The notes under the pieces: model-generated | Told to the model about the DNA's origin: nothing | Databases searched by the model: none | The model's input: only the letters and a program-made list of their open reading frames with translations | Made by a program: the position numbers and the translations under genes | Source: Desulfobulbaceae bacterium UBA2262 | GTDB lineage: Bacteria > Desulfobacterota > Desulfobulbia > Desulfobulbales > Desulfurivibrionaceae | NCBI GenBank assembly: GCA_002347185.1 | Contig: DDXK01000102.1 | Coordinates: 1-57,038 of the forward strand | Length of the DNA: 57,038 bases | Direction: 5' to 3' | Part shown: one piece after another, positions 9,455-18,501 of the stretch | How the letters are laid out: each line of letters starts with the position of its first letter | Numbering within the stretch: position 1 is the stretch's first letter

Positions 9455-11976
9455 GAGGTCGGCACAAGGCCTTCCCGCCTTGCGTCCTGCGTCTCCGCCC
9501 CTCCGTTCTCCGCATTTTTCGCACCGCCAGGACTGTAGTAGGTCCTGGCGGTTATTTTTTCGCCATCGGAGACGAGGAATATGGTGCCGGCCACCGAGGT
9601 CAGGTGCCACTCTCCTTGCTTCCCGTCGGGTGCTTGTCCCGGTCTGCCCGCCCTCCTGCCGGCAGAAACTATGTGCTGCCTTGCGGCGACGGCGGCCAGA
9701 AATTCCCGGCTGCCGGAGGAGGGGAGGCCGTGATGGGGCATGAGCAGCGCCTGCGCCCGCAGCGGCAGGCCTGCCTCAACGAGCATTTTTTCGGCCGGGC
9801 GTTCGATGTCGCCCGGGAAGAGGAAGCTGTTTGCGCCGTGGCTCAGCTTGAGCACCAGGCCGAGGTCGTTTGCTCTGCCAGGCCCCTTGCCTCCCCGTTC
9901 TGCCCCCGGCGGCTTTCCCTCTGCCGCCAGGTTTGCCAGGCAGGCGATGGTTGCACTCCCCCTTCCGCTTTCTCCATGGAGAAGGTCACCGGCGTGGGCA
10001 ATCTGCACCCGGCAGCCAGCCTCCTCGGCGGCATGGAGAAGCGCGGCGAACTCCGGGTTGTCGGACTCGGTGGTGGCGAGCCAGAGAAGGCGCGGGGAAA
10101 AGCGTTTGAGAAGGAAGGGGATGCCGTTGAAGTGGTCGGCATGGTTGTGGGTGAGGATAATCTGGTCCAGGCGGCGGATATGTCTCTGCCAGAGAAAGGG
10201 GGCGATGATGGCCTCGCCGGCATTGAAGGTTTCCGAGCCGGTGCCGCCGCCGTCGATGAGGGTGACGCTGCCGTCCGGCATTTCGATGACGGTGGCGCTG
10301 CCCTGGCCGACGTCGAGGTAGGAAACCTCGAGCCTGCCCGGCTCTTTTCCTCCCGACGGAGAGGGTTTCCAGCCCGAAAGGAGAAGGAGGAAGGCGCAGG
10401 CGAAGGCGGCCGCCAGCCGCCAGCTTTTCACGGTGAGCAGGGCCAGCGCCAGTGCGAAGGCGGCAAGGAGGGCCAGGGGGGCGGGGGTGGGCAGCCAGAG
10501 GGAGGCGTGGGGAATGGTGGCGAGAAGGGCGGCGCTTTTTTGCGCGGCAAGGAGTGCTGCCGCGCCAATTTTCAGCAGCAACAGGGCCGTGGTCGTGGAG
10601 AGGGGTTCAACGGCCAGGGCCACGAGCCCCAGGGGAAGGGCGCAGAAGCAGAGCAAGGGGGAGACCAGAAGGGTGCTTATCGGGCCAAGGAGGGAGAGAC
10701 GGTTGAAGTGAAAAAGAGAAAAAGGGGCAGTGGCGACAAAGGCGGCCAGGGAAACAACCAGGCCGGAGGCAAGCCACAGTCCTGCTTTTTTTGCCATGTT
10801 CCACTTTTGTTCTGGTTCCAGGTGGAAAAGCCGCAGGCGGGGCGCGGTAAGGACAATTGCCGTGGTCGCCGCGAAGGAGAGCTGGAAAGAGGCGGTGAAG
10901 ATGCTCAGGGGGCTGACGAAGAGGATCAGGCCGGCGGCAAAGGCGACATTGTTGAGGCTTGACCACTGACGGTCCAGGAGGATGGCCGCCATGAAAACCG
11001 TGGTCATGAGCAGGGCTCTGAGCACCGGGGGCTGGAAGCCGGCAATGCCGGCATAGAAGAGCAGCAGGGGCAGGGTCAGGCCGAGGCTCAATTTTCGGGA
11101 AGGGAAATAAAGAAATATTTTCGGAACCAGGCGCAACCCAGCCTTGAAAAGGGAGGAGGCGAGAAGGGCAAGCACGGCGAGGTGCATTCCGGAAATGGCC
11201 AGCAGGTGCATCAGCCCGGTCTCCTTGAACAATTCAAGGGTGGTCTCGTCGATGCCGCTGCGGTCGCCGATGAGAAGGGCGCTGTAGAGGCCGGCCGTTT
11301 CCGGGGGGAGCCCATGCTTGAGAAATGTCGCGCTGCGCTGCCGCCGCTCTTCGAAAAAAGAGAGATTCGTCCCGACTCCCCCTGCGGGAAGGGGAAGGAT
11401 GGGGAGTATGGCTGCCTGGTCGGCAATCCAGCCGGTCACGTGAATGTTGTCGGCGGCAAGGTAGCCCTGGTAGTCAAAGGCGCCCGGGGTGCCGAAGTTT
11501 CTGGGCCGGGAAAGACGGCAGCGGGCCAGGTACTGCTCGCCGGGCCTGAGCCCGGGCAGCTCGGCCGCGTTGACGGTCAGACGGGCCAGGCCGGTGGCCG
11601 GCAGAATGCGCGGCTCTCCCGGGGGCAGCACACCGGTGGCGGCCACGATGATTCTGGTTTTTCCCTGGCGGGATACCGGCATGTCGCGCAATCGGAATGT
11701 TAGGCTAATTTCCTGATTTTCCAGGATAAAATTTTGCAGATGGTGGGGGGGCCAGCTGGGAAGGGCGACGCCTGCGCCGGCGCCGAAGCCGGCGCAGGCG
11801 AAGAGACAGAAGAGGGAAAGGACGCGCGGGCCGGGGGAGCGGAGGCGCAGGAAGGCGGCGGCCAGGAGGAGCGACGACAGCGCTGTCAGCCAGGAGAGGT
11901 GCAGGGCGGCCGGCCAGGACTGACTGCAGAGAATTCCGGCGGCCAGGCCGCAAACCGCGGTGGAAAAGGAGAGCAT
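9451..11976 (-). CDS. comEC: DNA internalization-related competence protein ComEC/Rec2
   Basis: 841 aa; polytopic membrane core plus C-terminal metallo-beta-lactamase motif (ILTHNHADH); overlaps the convergent pilT stop by 4 nt. Confidence 0.85.
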   Translation of the reverse strand: MLSFSTAVCGLAAGILCSQSWPAALHLSWLTALSSLLLAAAFLRLRSPGPRVLSLFCLFACAGFGAGAGVALPSWPPHHLQNFILENQEISLTFRLRDMPVSRQGKTRIIVAATGVLPPGEPRILPATGLARLTVNAAELPGLRPGEQYLARCRLSRPRNFGTPGAFDYQGYLAADNIHVTGWIADQAAILPILPLPAGGVGTNLSFFEERRQRSATFLKHGLPPETAGLYSALLIGDRSGIDETTLELFKETGLMHLLAISGMHLAVLALLASSLFKAGLRLVPKIFLYFPSRKLSLGLTLPLLLFYAGIAGFQPPVLRALLMTTVFMAAILLDRQWSSLNNVAFAAGLILFVSPLSIFTASFQLSFAATTAIVLTAPRLRLFHLEPEQKWNMAKKAGLWLASGLVVSLAAFVATAPFSLFHFNRLSLLGPISTLLVSPLLCFCALPLGLVALAVEPLSTTTALLLLKIGAAALLAAQKSAALLATIPHASLWLPTPAPLALLAAFALALALLTVKSWRLAAAFACAFLLLLSGWKPSPSGGKEPGRLEVSYLDVGQGSATVIEMPDGSVTLIDGGGTGSETFNAGEAIIAPFLWQRHIRRLDQIILTHNHADHFNGIPFLLKRFSPRLLWLATTESDNPEFAALLHAAEEAGCRVQIAHAGDLLHGESGRGSATIACLANLAAEGKPPGAERGGKGPGRANDLGLVLKLSHGANSFLFPGDIERPAEKMLVEAGLPLRAQALLMPHHGLPSSGSREFLAAVAARQHIVSAGRRAGRPGQAPDGKQGEWHLTSVAGTIFLVSDGEKITARTYYSPGGAKNAENGGAETQDARREGLVPTS

Positions 11977-12093
11977 CTGGGTCCCGCGCGCTTTCCTGTT
12001 GAGAGGTAGACCTTGGGCGACCGGGCAGCGGCCCTTCTCGTGCCGATACCCGGTCCTGCCCTGACTGCTGGCGAAAAAAAGAGAGGCCCTGGT

Positions 12094-13500
12094 TCAGTCG
12101 AGAAAATGCTTGAGCTTTTCCCTGCGGCTGGAGTGGCGCAGGCGATTGAGGGCCTTTTTCTCGATCTGCCGGATGCGCTCCCTGGAAACATTGAAGCGCT
12201 TGCCGATCTCTTCCAGGGTGTACTCGGCGTCCTCTCCTATGCCGAAGCGGAGGCGGATGATCTTTTCCTCCCTGGGGCTCAGGGTGTTGAGGATGCAGGT
12301 GACCCGATCGGAGAGCTGCTGATTCTGCACCGCCTCGTAGGGAGAAACCGATTCCTGGTTTTCCAGAAAATCACCGAGGGTGGAGTCGTCGTCGCCCACT
12401 GGGGTCTCCAGGGAGATCGGCTCGCGGGAGGCCTCGAGGATGGCCAGGATCTTGTCCATGGGCAGCCCGGTCTTCTCGGAGATCTCGATGGGGGTCGGCT
12501 CGCGGCCCAGCTCCTTGAGCAGGGAGTAGAAGGCCTTGAAAAACTGGCTCCGCAGCTCGAGAAAGTGGACAGGCAGGCGGATCGTCCGCGTCTTGTCCAG
12601 GATGGCCCTGGTGATGGCCTGACGGATCCACCAGCTTGCGTAGGTGCTGAACTTGTTGCCCTTGGTGTAGTCGAAGCGGAACACCGCCCGCATCAGGCCA
12701 AGGTTGCCCTCCTGGATGAGGTCGGCCAGGGTGAGACCCTGGTGCATGTAGCGCTTGGCGATGCTCACCACCAGGCGCAGGTTCGCCTTGATCATGGCGT
12801 CCTTGGCCACCTCGATGGAGCGATGGAACAGCTCAAGCTTGCAGTACATTCCCTGCAGCTTCTTGTTGCGGGGATGGGTCTGGCAGGCCTTGGCCACCGC
12901 GCGCATCATGAAGTTCAGGTGCTGCTTCTTGGGTTTCAGGGTGGGGTCGCGCTTTTCCCAGAGGTCGATGCGTTCGACGAGCTGCTGCAGCTCCTGGGTG
13001 CCGTACTGGTCATGGCGCACCGCCCGGATGATGGCGTCGAAGCCCTCCCGGATCGTCTTGCTGTATTTTTCCTCCTCCTCCGGGGTGAGCAGCTCGAACT
13101 TGCCCATTTCCCGCAGGTAGGTGGTGGTGGTTTCCTCGGGCTCCGGCGTGTCGTCCTTGGAGATGAGGGCCGCGTCCATGAGCTTGTCGTCGTCATCGTC
13201 AAGGGAGACTTCGTCGGGCTGGCCGTCGCCGCCGTCCCAGTTTTTCCCGTCCAGGGTCTTTTTCTTGCCAGACTTTTCCTGGCTGACGATCTCGATGTTG
13301 TTCTCGTTCAGAAAGTCGAAAATGCCATCGATGGTGTCGGCATCCTTCCCCTCGGGGATCAGGTCGTTGAGGAAGGAAATCGTCACGCATCCTTCATCCT
13401 TTCCGGCTTCGAGCAATCGGGCTTTTATATCGGCAGGCACGAGTGAATCACTCCTGGTCGCAAGGTTTTTCCGTTTGCACCCATCCCTGATGCGCGTCAT
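12094..13500 (-). CDS. rpoD: RNA polymerase sigma-70 factor RpoD
   Basis: Regions 1.2-4.2 are recognisable (YLREMG, DLIQEGNLGLMRAV, STYASWWIRQAI, TLEEIGKRFNVSRERIRQIE). The ORF is open to 13647, but the upstream part is hydrophobic junk, so ATG at 13500 is preferred. Confidence 0.9.
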   Translation of the reverse strand: MTRIRDGCKRKNLATRSDSLVPADIKARLLEAGKDEGCVTISFLNDLIPEGKDADTIDGIFDFLNENNIEIVSQEKSGKKKTLDGKNWDGGDGQPDEVSLDDDDDKLMDAALISKDDTPEPEETTTTYLREMGKFELLTPEEEEKYSKTIREGFDAIIRAVRHDQYGTQELQQLVERIDLWEKRDPTLKPKKQHLNFMMRAVAKACQTHPRNKKLQGMYCKLELFHRSIEVAKDAMIKANLRLVVSIAKRYMHQGLTLADLIQEGNLGLMRAVFRFDYTKGNKFSTYASWWIRQAITRAILDKTRTIRLPVHFLELRSQFFKAFYSLLKELGREPTPIEISEKTGLPMDKILAILEASREPISLETPVGDDDSTLGDFLENQESVSPYEAVQNQQLSDRVTCILNTLSPREEKIIRLRFGIGEDAEYTLEEIGKRFNVSRERIRQIEKKALNRLRHSSRREKLKHFLD

Positions 13501-13679
13501 GGGCAGGGTGGTAAAACACGATAATATACAAATGATAGCAAAGAAAGGCAAGGTGAAGTGAGGAAAAAATATGGGGGCGAATTTTTCTTGGTCACTCAGG
13601 TGCCCCTCTGTATAAGAGAAATAAGCATTGTTTTTTTTCTTCTCCATCCCGCTTGCAAAAAAATATTGGAGTTTTTTTT

Positions 13680-15227
13680 ATGCTTGCCCGCCGAAGCAGC
13701 GGAGTTCTTCTGCATCCAACCTCCCTCCCCGGCCCCCACGGCATCGGAACCCTGGGGCGCTCCGCCTGCGAGTTTGTCGATTTTCTCAAGGCCGCCGGGC
13801 AGAAGTACTGGCAGATACTGCCTTGCGGCCCGGTGAGCAGGGTCTTTGACAATTCTCCCTACATGAGCCTTTCCGCCTTTGCCGGCAACCCCCTGCTCAT
13901 CGATCCCGCCCAGCTGGCCGGGGATGGCCTGCTGGGCCGCGAGGCCGCCCAGCCCCCGGCCCATTTTTCCGAATATGCCGTTGATTTTTCGCAGGTGGTC
14001 GCCTCCCAGCAGGCCATCCTTGCGCAGGCCTTCCAGGAATTCCAGGCAAGCGGTGGCTCCGAAGAGTTCACCGCCTTCCGGGTCAGGGCGCACTGGCTGG
14101 ATGATTATGCCCTGTTCCGCAGCCTGCGGGAGGAGTTTCAATTCCGCCCCTGGTGCGCCTGGCCCGGGGAGCTTGTCCGCAGGGAGGCCGATGCCCTGGC
14201 CCTCTGGCGGCAGCGCCTCAAGGCGCGCATTGCCTACCATGAATTCGTGCAGTTCTGTTTTTTCAGGCAATGGCAAAGGGTGCGGCGCTATGCCAACCTG
14301 CACTCCATCGAGATCATCGGCGACATGCCGATCTATGTTGCCTACGACAGCGCCGACGTCTGGGCGAATCAGGAGTGCTTTCTCCTTGACGAAGAATCGC
14401 GCCTGCCGACCCATGTGGCCGGGGTCCCTCCTGACTATTTCAGCGCCACCGGTCAGCGCTGGGGCAATCCCCTCTTCGTCTGGCAAAAGGAAAACGCCTT
14501 CAACCCCTCGCTGCTCACCTGGTGGGCAAACCGCTTCCGGCAGGTGTTCGAGGCGGTCGACATGGTGCGCATCGATCATTTCCGCGGCTTTGAATCCTTC
14601 TGGTCCATTCCGGCCGCGGAGGAGACCGCTGTCAACGGTTCCTGGGTGCAGGGGCCCGGTCTGCCTTTTTTCAGGGAAATGCAAAAGGTGATCGGCGATC
14701 TGCCCATCATTGCCGAAGATCTTGGCGTCATCACCCCGGAGGTGGAAGCCCTGCGCGACGCCCTGGGCCTTCCCGGCATGAAGATCCTCCAGTTCGCCTT
14801 TGACTCGGACGCGGAGAACGCCTACCTGCCCCACAATTTTTCCACGCCAAACTGCGTGGTCTACACCGGCACCCACGACAACGACACCACCCTGGGCTGG
14901 TTTTTCAGCGACAAGGTTTCCCGGGCCGGCAAGGAAAAGGCCCTGCGCTACGCGCACAGTGCGGTGGGCAGCCCGGTGCATTGGGATTTCATCCGCATGG
15001 CCTACGCCTCGATAGCGGCCCTGGCGATCGTTCCCCTCCAGGATGTTCTCGGTTTTGGCAGCGACTGCCGGATGAATGTGCCGGGTACTTCCGAGGGCAA
15101 CTGGCGTTGGCGCTGCGCCCCCCGCTTTTTGACCCCGGAGGTTGCCGCGGCCCTCAGGGAGGAGGCGCTTTTCTACAACAGGCTGCCCGGGGCCGAAGAT
15201 GGCGGGGGAGGCGCGAGCGGAGCATGA
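13680..15227 (+). CDS. malQ: 4-alpha-glucanotransferase (amylomaltase)
   Basis: SSGVLLHPTSLPGPHGIG N-terminus, DHFRGF, IAEDLG and TGTHDNDT motifs of GH77. Confidence 0.9.
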   Translation: MLARRSSGVLLHPTSLPGPHGIGTLGRSACEFVDFLKAAGQKYWQILPCGPVSRVFDNSPYMSLSAFAGNPLLIDPAQLAGDGLLGREAAQPPAHFSEYAVDFSQVVASQQAILAQAFQEFQASGGSEEFTAFRVRAHWLDDYALFRSLREEFQFRPWCAWPGELVRREADALALWRQRLKARIAYHEFVQFCFFRQWQRVRRYANLHSIEIIGDMPIYVAYDSADVWANQECFLLDEESRLPTHVAGVPPDYFSATGQRWGNPLFVWQKENAFNPSLLTWWANRFRQVFEAVDMVRIDHFRGFESFWSIPAAEETAVNGSWVQGPGLPFFREMQKVIGDLPIIAEDLGVITPEVEALRDALGLPGMKILQFAFDSDAENAYLPHNFSTPNCVVYTGTHDNDTTLGWFFSDKVSRAGKEKALRYAHSAVGSPVHWDFIRMAYASIAALAIVPLQDVLGFGSDCRMNVPGTSEGNWRWRCAPRFLTPEVAAALREEALFYNRLPGAEDGGGGASGA

Positions 15228-15835
15228 GGATTTTTGCCGTCAATGGAAGCCCGCGGAAGAAGGGCAACACCGAGACGCTGGTGCGCGCTTTTTTGCGGGG
15301 GGCCGAACAGGCCGGCGCCGATTTCGAGCTTGTCCGCCTGACGGACCTTCATATCCAGCCCTGCATAGGCTGCGGCGGCTGCGAAAAAACTGGGGAATGC
15401 GTCCTGCAGGACGCCATGCAGGAGCTCTATCCGAAGATCCAGGCGGCCGACCGGGTGGTGCTCGCTTCGCCCATCTATTTTTATGGGATCACCGCCCAGG
15501 CCAAGGCCTTTGTCGACCGCTGCCAGGCGCTGTGGAGTTACCGGCGGCTGCGCGAGCGGAAAGGGGAGTGGCGGGATGATCCCCTTCGGGCCGGCTTTCT
15601 GCTCTCGGTGGCCGCCACCCGAGGCCAGAAGGTTTTCGATGGCGCCATCCTCACCGCCAGATACGCCTTCGAGGCCATGGGCCTGCCCTATGGCGGAGAG
15701 TTTCTGGTCAGGGGCAAGGACGGGCGTGGAGAACTGGCCCTGGACAGCGGAACCCTTGCCCGGGCCGAGGAGGCGGGGAGAAAAATGGCTGCCGGGGGCG
15801 ACGAGGAAGGCTATTTCTCGAAAAACCAAGAATAA
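15224..15835 (+). CDS. iron-sulfur flavoprotein / NADPH-dependent FMN reductase family protein
   Basis: 203 aa from an ATG overlapping the malQ stop (ATGA); NGSPRKKGNT flavodoxin-like loop and a CIGCGGCEKTGEC cysteine cluster. Confidence 0.75.
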   Translation: MRIFAVNGSPRKKGNTETLVRAFLRGAEQAGADFELVRLTDLHIQPCIGCGGCEKTGECVLQDAMQELYPKIQAADRVVLASPIYFYGITAQAKAFVDRCQALWSYRRLRERKGEWRDDPLRAGFLLSVAATRGQKVFDGAILTARYAFEAMGLPYGGEFLVRGKDGRGELALDSGTLARAEEAGRKMAAGGDEEGYFSKNQE

Positions 15836-15881
15836 AGATTGACAAATCCCCTTCCATCACGTAAAAGATGGCGCACAACAT

Positions 15882-15957
15882 GGCCCCTTCGTCTAGCGGT
15901 CTAGGACGCTGGCCTCTCACGCCGGTAACACGGGTTCGAGTCCCGTAGGGGTCACCA
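15882..15957 (+). tRNA. tRNA-Glu (anticodon CUC)
   Basis: 76 nt. The cloverleaf folds by eye: acceptor GGCCCCT/AGGGGTC, anticodon loop C-T-CTC-A-C, T-arm GGGTTCGAGTCCC, encoded CCA. Close to the E. coli tRNA-Glu scaffold. Confidence 0.9.
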
Positions 15958-15970
15958 AGTGAGAATTTAA

Positions 15971-16006
15971 AGGGAATCAACTGTTTTCAGTTGGGTCCCT
16001 TTTTTT
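15971..16006 (+). terminator. intrinsic terminator after tRNA-Glu
   Basis: AGGGAatCAACTG tttt CAGTTGggTCCCT followed by TTTTTT. Confidence 0.7.
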
Positions 16007-16059
16007 CGTTGCTGTGGGCCGCACTCTCTGGATGGGGCTTTTCCTTCCGGGGACCACTC

Positions 16060-16064
16060 GTAAA
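16060..16064. repeat. putative 5-bp target-site duplication (left copy), GTAAA
   Basis: GTAAA immediately outside the TGTAAATTTGCA... terminus; an identical pentamer lies at 53673..53677. Confidence 0.5.
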
Positions 16065-16072
16065 TGTAAATT

Positions 16073-16115
16073 TGCACGTAAAATCAGAAAATTTGCAAAT
16101 GAAACCAGAAAATTC
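16073..16115 (+). repeat. attR-type end: two adjacent transposase-binding-site repeats
   Basis: TGCACGTAAAATCAGAAAATT followed directly by TGCAAATGAAACCAGAAAATT. The second copy matches the reverse complement of 53465..53483 at nearly every position. Confidence 0.6.
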
Positions 16116-16192
16116 AAACCACGGGAAACTCCAAAAAATAAGCGTTGGCACAAAATTTGCTTTAAGAGAAAATTGCGCCTAACAAAACTAGG

Positions 16193-16762
16193 TCACCACT
16201 CCACCACAGATACTTCTTCCGTTGTGGCCGCAGCCTCCAAGGCATCCTCGCGCGCCTGTCTCCTGCCGATAAGCTGGCCGCTCACCACGGAAAACGCCGC
16301 AGCCTTGGCGAGCACGCGGCCGGCTAAATCGGAGACGGCAAGGCCGCGCTCGGATGCCAGGGCGGCCAGCAAGGGGGCGTCCGCAGATGGGTCGACAGAG
16401 AGCGCCTGTGCCTCTTGTACCTGCTGTGGCCAGCTGCTGATCTCGCCGCGCGGGTACATCGAGGTGATCGCCGCCAACGATGCGTCGCAGGCGACATTTA
16501 TTGCCGCCAGGCGCTCGGCTTTGGCCTGGGCAAGCTGCTCCTCAGCAGCGGCCGAAAGTGGCAAAGAACCAACCAGAACAACGCTGGCGCCATCACAGGC
16601 AGGCAAGGTGGCCGGGGCGCCAGCAGGGTCCACCGCGACGAAGTAGCCACTGGGCTGGTATTCGGCCGGCACCTGCCAAACCGTAACAATAGCCTCTTTC
16701 GCCAAGCGCGGCAACTCCTGGGTGTGTGCGCCGACGCTCAAGACATGATCGCTGATCTGCAT
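16193..16762 (-). CDS. tail fibre assembly / chaperone-like protein (DUF4376-like C-terminus)
   Basis: 189 aa; C-terminal pattern SSWPQQVQEAQAL...LAGRVLAKAAAFSVVSGQLIGRRQAREDAL..TEEV resembles phage tail-fibre assembly proteins; last gene before the phage end; its start overlaps the RT stop by 25 nt. Confidence 0.55.
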   Translation of the reverse strand: MQISDHVLSVGAHTQELPRLAKEAIVTVWQVPAEYQPSGYFVAVDPAGAPATLPACDGASVVLVGSLPLSAAAEEQLAQAKAERLAAINVACDASLAAITSMYPRGEISSWPQQVQEAQALSVDPSADAPLLAALASERGLAVSDLAGRVLAKAAAFSVVSGQLIGRRQAREDALEAAATTEEVSVVEW

Positions 16763-17790
16763 GGGACTCCTCCTTTATAATTGATGTCGTTCAGGATGCC
16801 CGCCGTGGTCCGGTGGGCGTTGCAATGCTTCGCATACGCCAGAAAACTATCCACCCGCAACGGGACGGCGGCGGGCGAAACCTGGCCTTCGTCGGTAAGC
16901 CGCGCCAAAGTCCGCAGCTCTCGCCTGGCCCTGGCGATATTCTTCTTCCGCGGCAGGATATGGGTCGGCCAGGTCCTGTAGCCGCAAAAGTCCACCCCCC
17001 GGGCGACCGGGAAGATGGCCGTTTTCGGGTTCAGCGTCAACCCGTGCCGACCGGCAACCTCGCGCATGGCCGCAAGGCTCTCGCTGGCCGCAGTCTTGTT
17101 TGGCGCCACAACCACCGTGTCGTCCATATAGCGGACGTACCCCCGCACCCCCATGCCGTCGTTCAACTCATGGTCAACCTGATTCAGCAGGATATTGGCG
17201 GACAGCTGGCTGGTCAAGGCGCCGACCGGCAGGCCAACCCCGCCATCGTGCCCATAGGCGGCAGAGATCCGGCGCCACAAGGCCAGCGTCTTCTCGCAGG
17301 AGATAACCCGCTCGATGGCGGCAAAAAGCACGTCGTGGCGGATGCTGGCGAAATAGCTCTTGATGTCCGCCTTCAATATATAAGGGCTTGGGTTGTTTCG
17401 GCATGAGGCGCGCAAGAGTGCCTGAACCGCGGCAACCGCCCGCTGCGCTCCCTTCCCGCGCCGACAGGCATAGCTGTGGCAAATAAAGGTTTTCTCGAAA
17501 AGCGGTTCCACAACCCGTACCAGCGCGTGATGAACGATACGATCCGCAAACGGTGGCGCCTGAATATCCCGCTGCTTTGGTTCAAACACCCTAAAGCTTC
17601 TGGCCTTGCCTGGCTGCCAGCTCTCCCACACCAGATGGTTATGGATATTCAGCAGGTTCTCCTCTAGCCGCGTCGAAAATTCCGCCACCTCTCTGCGATA
17701 ACGTTTTCCTTTGCGGGCAGCTAGGTAGGCCTGCCACAGGTTGTCGAAGTCCACAATTCTTGCGTACAGGTTGTTATGCGTCTTTGGCAT
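16738..17790 (-). CDS. DGR reverse transcriptase
   Basis: 350 aa from ATG 17790 (MPKTHNNLYARI...). RT motifs include YMDD (GYVRYMDDTVV) and the DGR-type VGALTSQ ([ILV]GxxxSQ) motif. The ORF-track extension to 18021 is just the TR read in frame. Confidence 0.9.
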   Translation of the reverse strand: MPKTHNNLYARIVDFDNLWQAYLAARKGKRYRREVAEFSTRLEENLLNIHNHLVWESWQPGKARSFRVFEPKQRDIQAPPFADRIVHHALVRVVEPLFEKTFICHSYACRRGKGAQRAVAAVQALLRASCRNNPSPYILKADIKSYFASIRHDVLFAAIERVISCEKTLALWRRISAAYGHDGGVGLPVGALTSQLSANILLNQVDHELNDGMGVRGYVRYMDDTVVVAPNKTAASESLAAMREVAGRHGLTLNPKTAIFPVARGVDFCGYRTWPTHILPRKKNIARARRELRTLARLTDEGQVSPAAVPLRVDSFLAYAKHCNAHRTTAGILNDINYKGGVPCRSAIMS

Positions 17791-17952
17791 GCTGTTCCTT
17801 TTTTTATGAAAAATGGTGCCGTCAACCACGTTCGCAAGTGCTACTTGCCGCTGGCGGCTGTTTATCTTTGGCCTTTTAGGCCGGGACGAAAACCCCGAAG
17901 GACAGGCTCTGGATGAGCGCCCTTGAGCGCCACAACTACTGGCCGTTCTGTC

Positions 17953-18074
17953 TTTCGCCAGACGAGCCCCGACGTTCGTGCTCGTGTTCGACGCTGCGTT
18001 GTTGCAATTGACGTTCCACAACCCCGCATTCAGGTCGTTGTTCCAATTGCCACCGACGATCGGGAAATACTCGC
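17953..18074 (-). repeat. DGR template repeat (TR)
   Basis: About 122 bp, non-coding, between avd and RT. Collinear with 18508..18629 at a constant offset of 555. Read in the VR frame it gives EYFPIVGGNWNNDLNAGLWNVNCNNAASNTSTNVGARLAK (10 AAY Asn codons). Ends are +/-3 bp. Confidence 0.9.
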
Positions 18075-18095
18075 GTTAACAGGTTCTCTCCCCCA

Positions 18096-18488
18096 CTACT
18101 GGTGCACTGCTCGTATCCAGCCGCCCACCATTCTGCCTATTTCGTTTACATGCTCCGTCCACACCTGGTACCTGTGGGGGTTGATATACTTGAGGCGCAC
18201 CGACTTGCGAATCCAGATCCGCAGCACCTCTATTTCGACATCAAGATCCTGTAGCGTGGTTTTCTTGTGGTAGCGTTTCCATGCCACCACGGCTAGGCGT
18301 TGAATCTCGGCCAGTGTTCTCCTTATGTCATGGCACAACAGGTGGCGTTCTGCCCTCGAATACTGCTGCAACACCGTGTGGGTGTATGCCTCCAACTCTT
18401 CTATCTTCGCCAGCAGCACCGCGTACGATTCCGGGGGAGCATGGCGTGGCTTGTACCCCCGGCTCTCGCCGGGGGTTTCATTACCCAC
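18096..18488 (-). CDS. avd: DGR accessory variability determinant (Avd-like four-helix-bundle protein)
   Basis: C-terminal part ...IEELEAYTHTVLQQYSRAERHLLCHDIRRTLAEIQRLAVVAWKRYHKK...LRIWIRKSV...HVNEIGRMVGGWIRAV resembles Avd / 23S-IVS-type proteins and sits between VR and TR. Start uncertain: GTG at 18488 or GTG at 18419; the ORF-track start at 18584 overlaps the VR. Confidence 0.7.
   Translation of the reverse strand: MGNETPGESRGYKPRHAPPESYAVLLAKIEELEAYTHTVLQQYSRAERHLLCHDIRRTLAEIQRLAVVAWKRYHKKTTLQDLDVEIEVLRIWIRKSVRLKYINPHRYQVWTEHVNEIGRMVGGWIRAVHQ
18456..18475 (-). other. GC-rich hairpin downstream of VR (candidate DGR homing-enhancer cruciform)
   Basis: On the coding strand: CCCCCGGC GAGA GCCGGGGG, a perfect 8-bp stem with a 4-nt GRNA-type loop, 27 nt past the fibre stop codon. 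Confidence 0.6.
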
Positions 18489-18501
18489 AAGACATGACAC
18501 A

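Noticed and set aside
15882-16064. tRNA-Glu as a site-specific integration target (attB) for the prophage.
   Set aside because: No integrase or recombinase is present. The element has Mu-type A/B transposition genes. It lies 58 bp beyond the tRNA terminator and does not duplicate any tRNA 3' segment. The adjacency looks coincidental.
16014-16646. 210-aa plus-strand ORF spanning the prophage end and the tail-fibre-assembly gene.
   Set aside because: It crosses the host-phage junction and the transposase-site repeats, and it is antisense to a better-supported gene. It is a shadow ORF.
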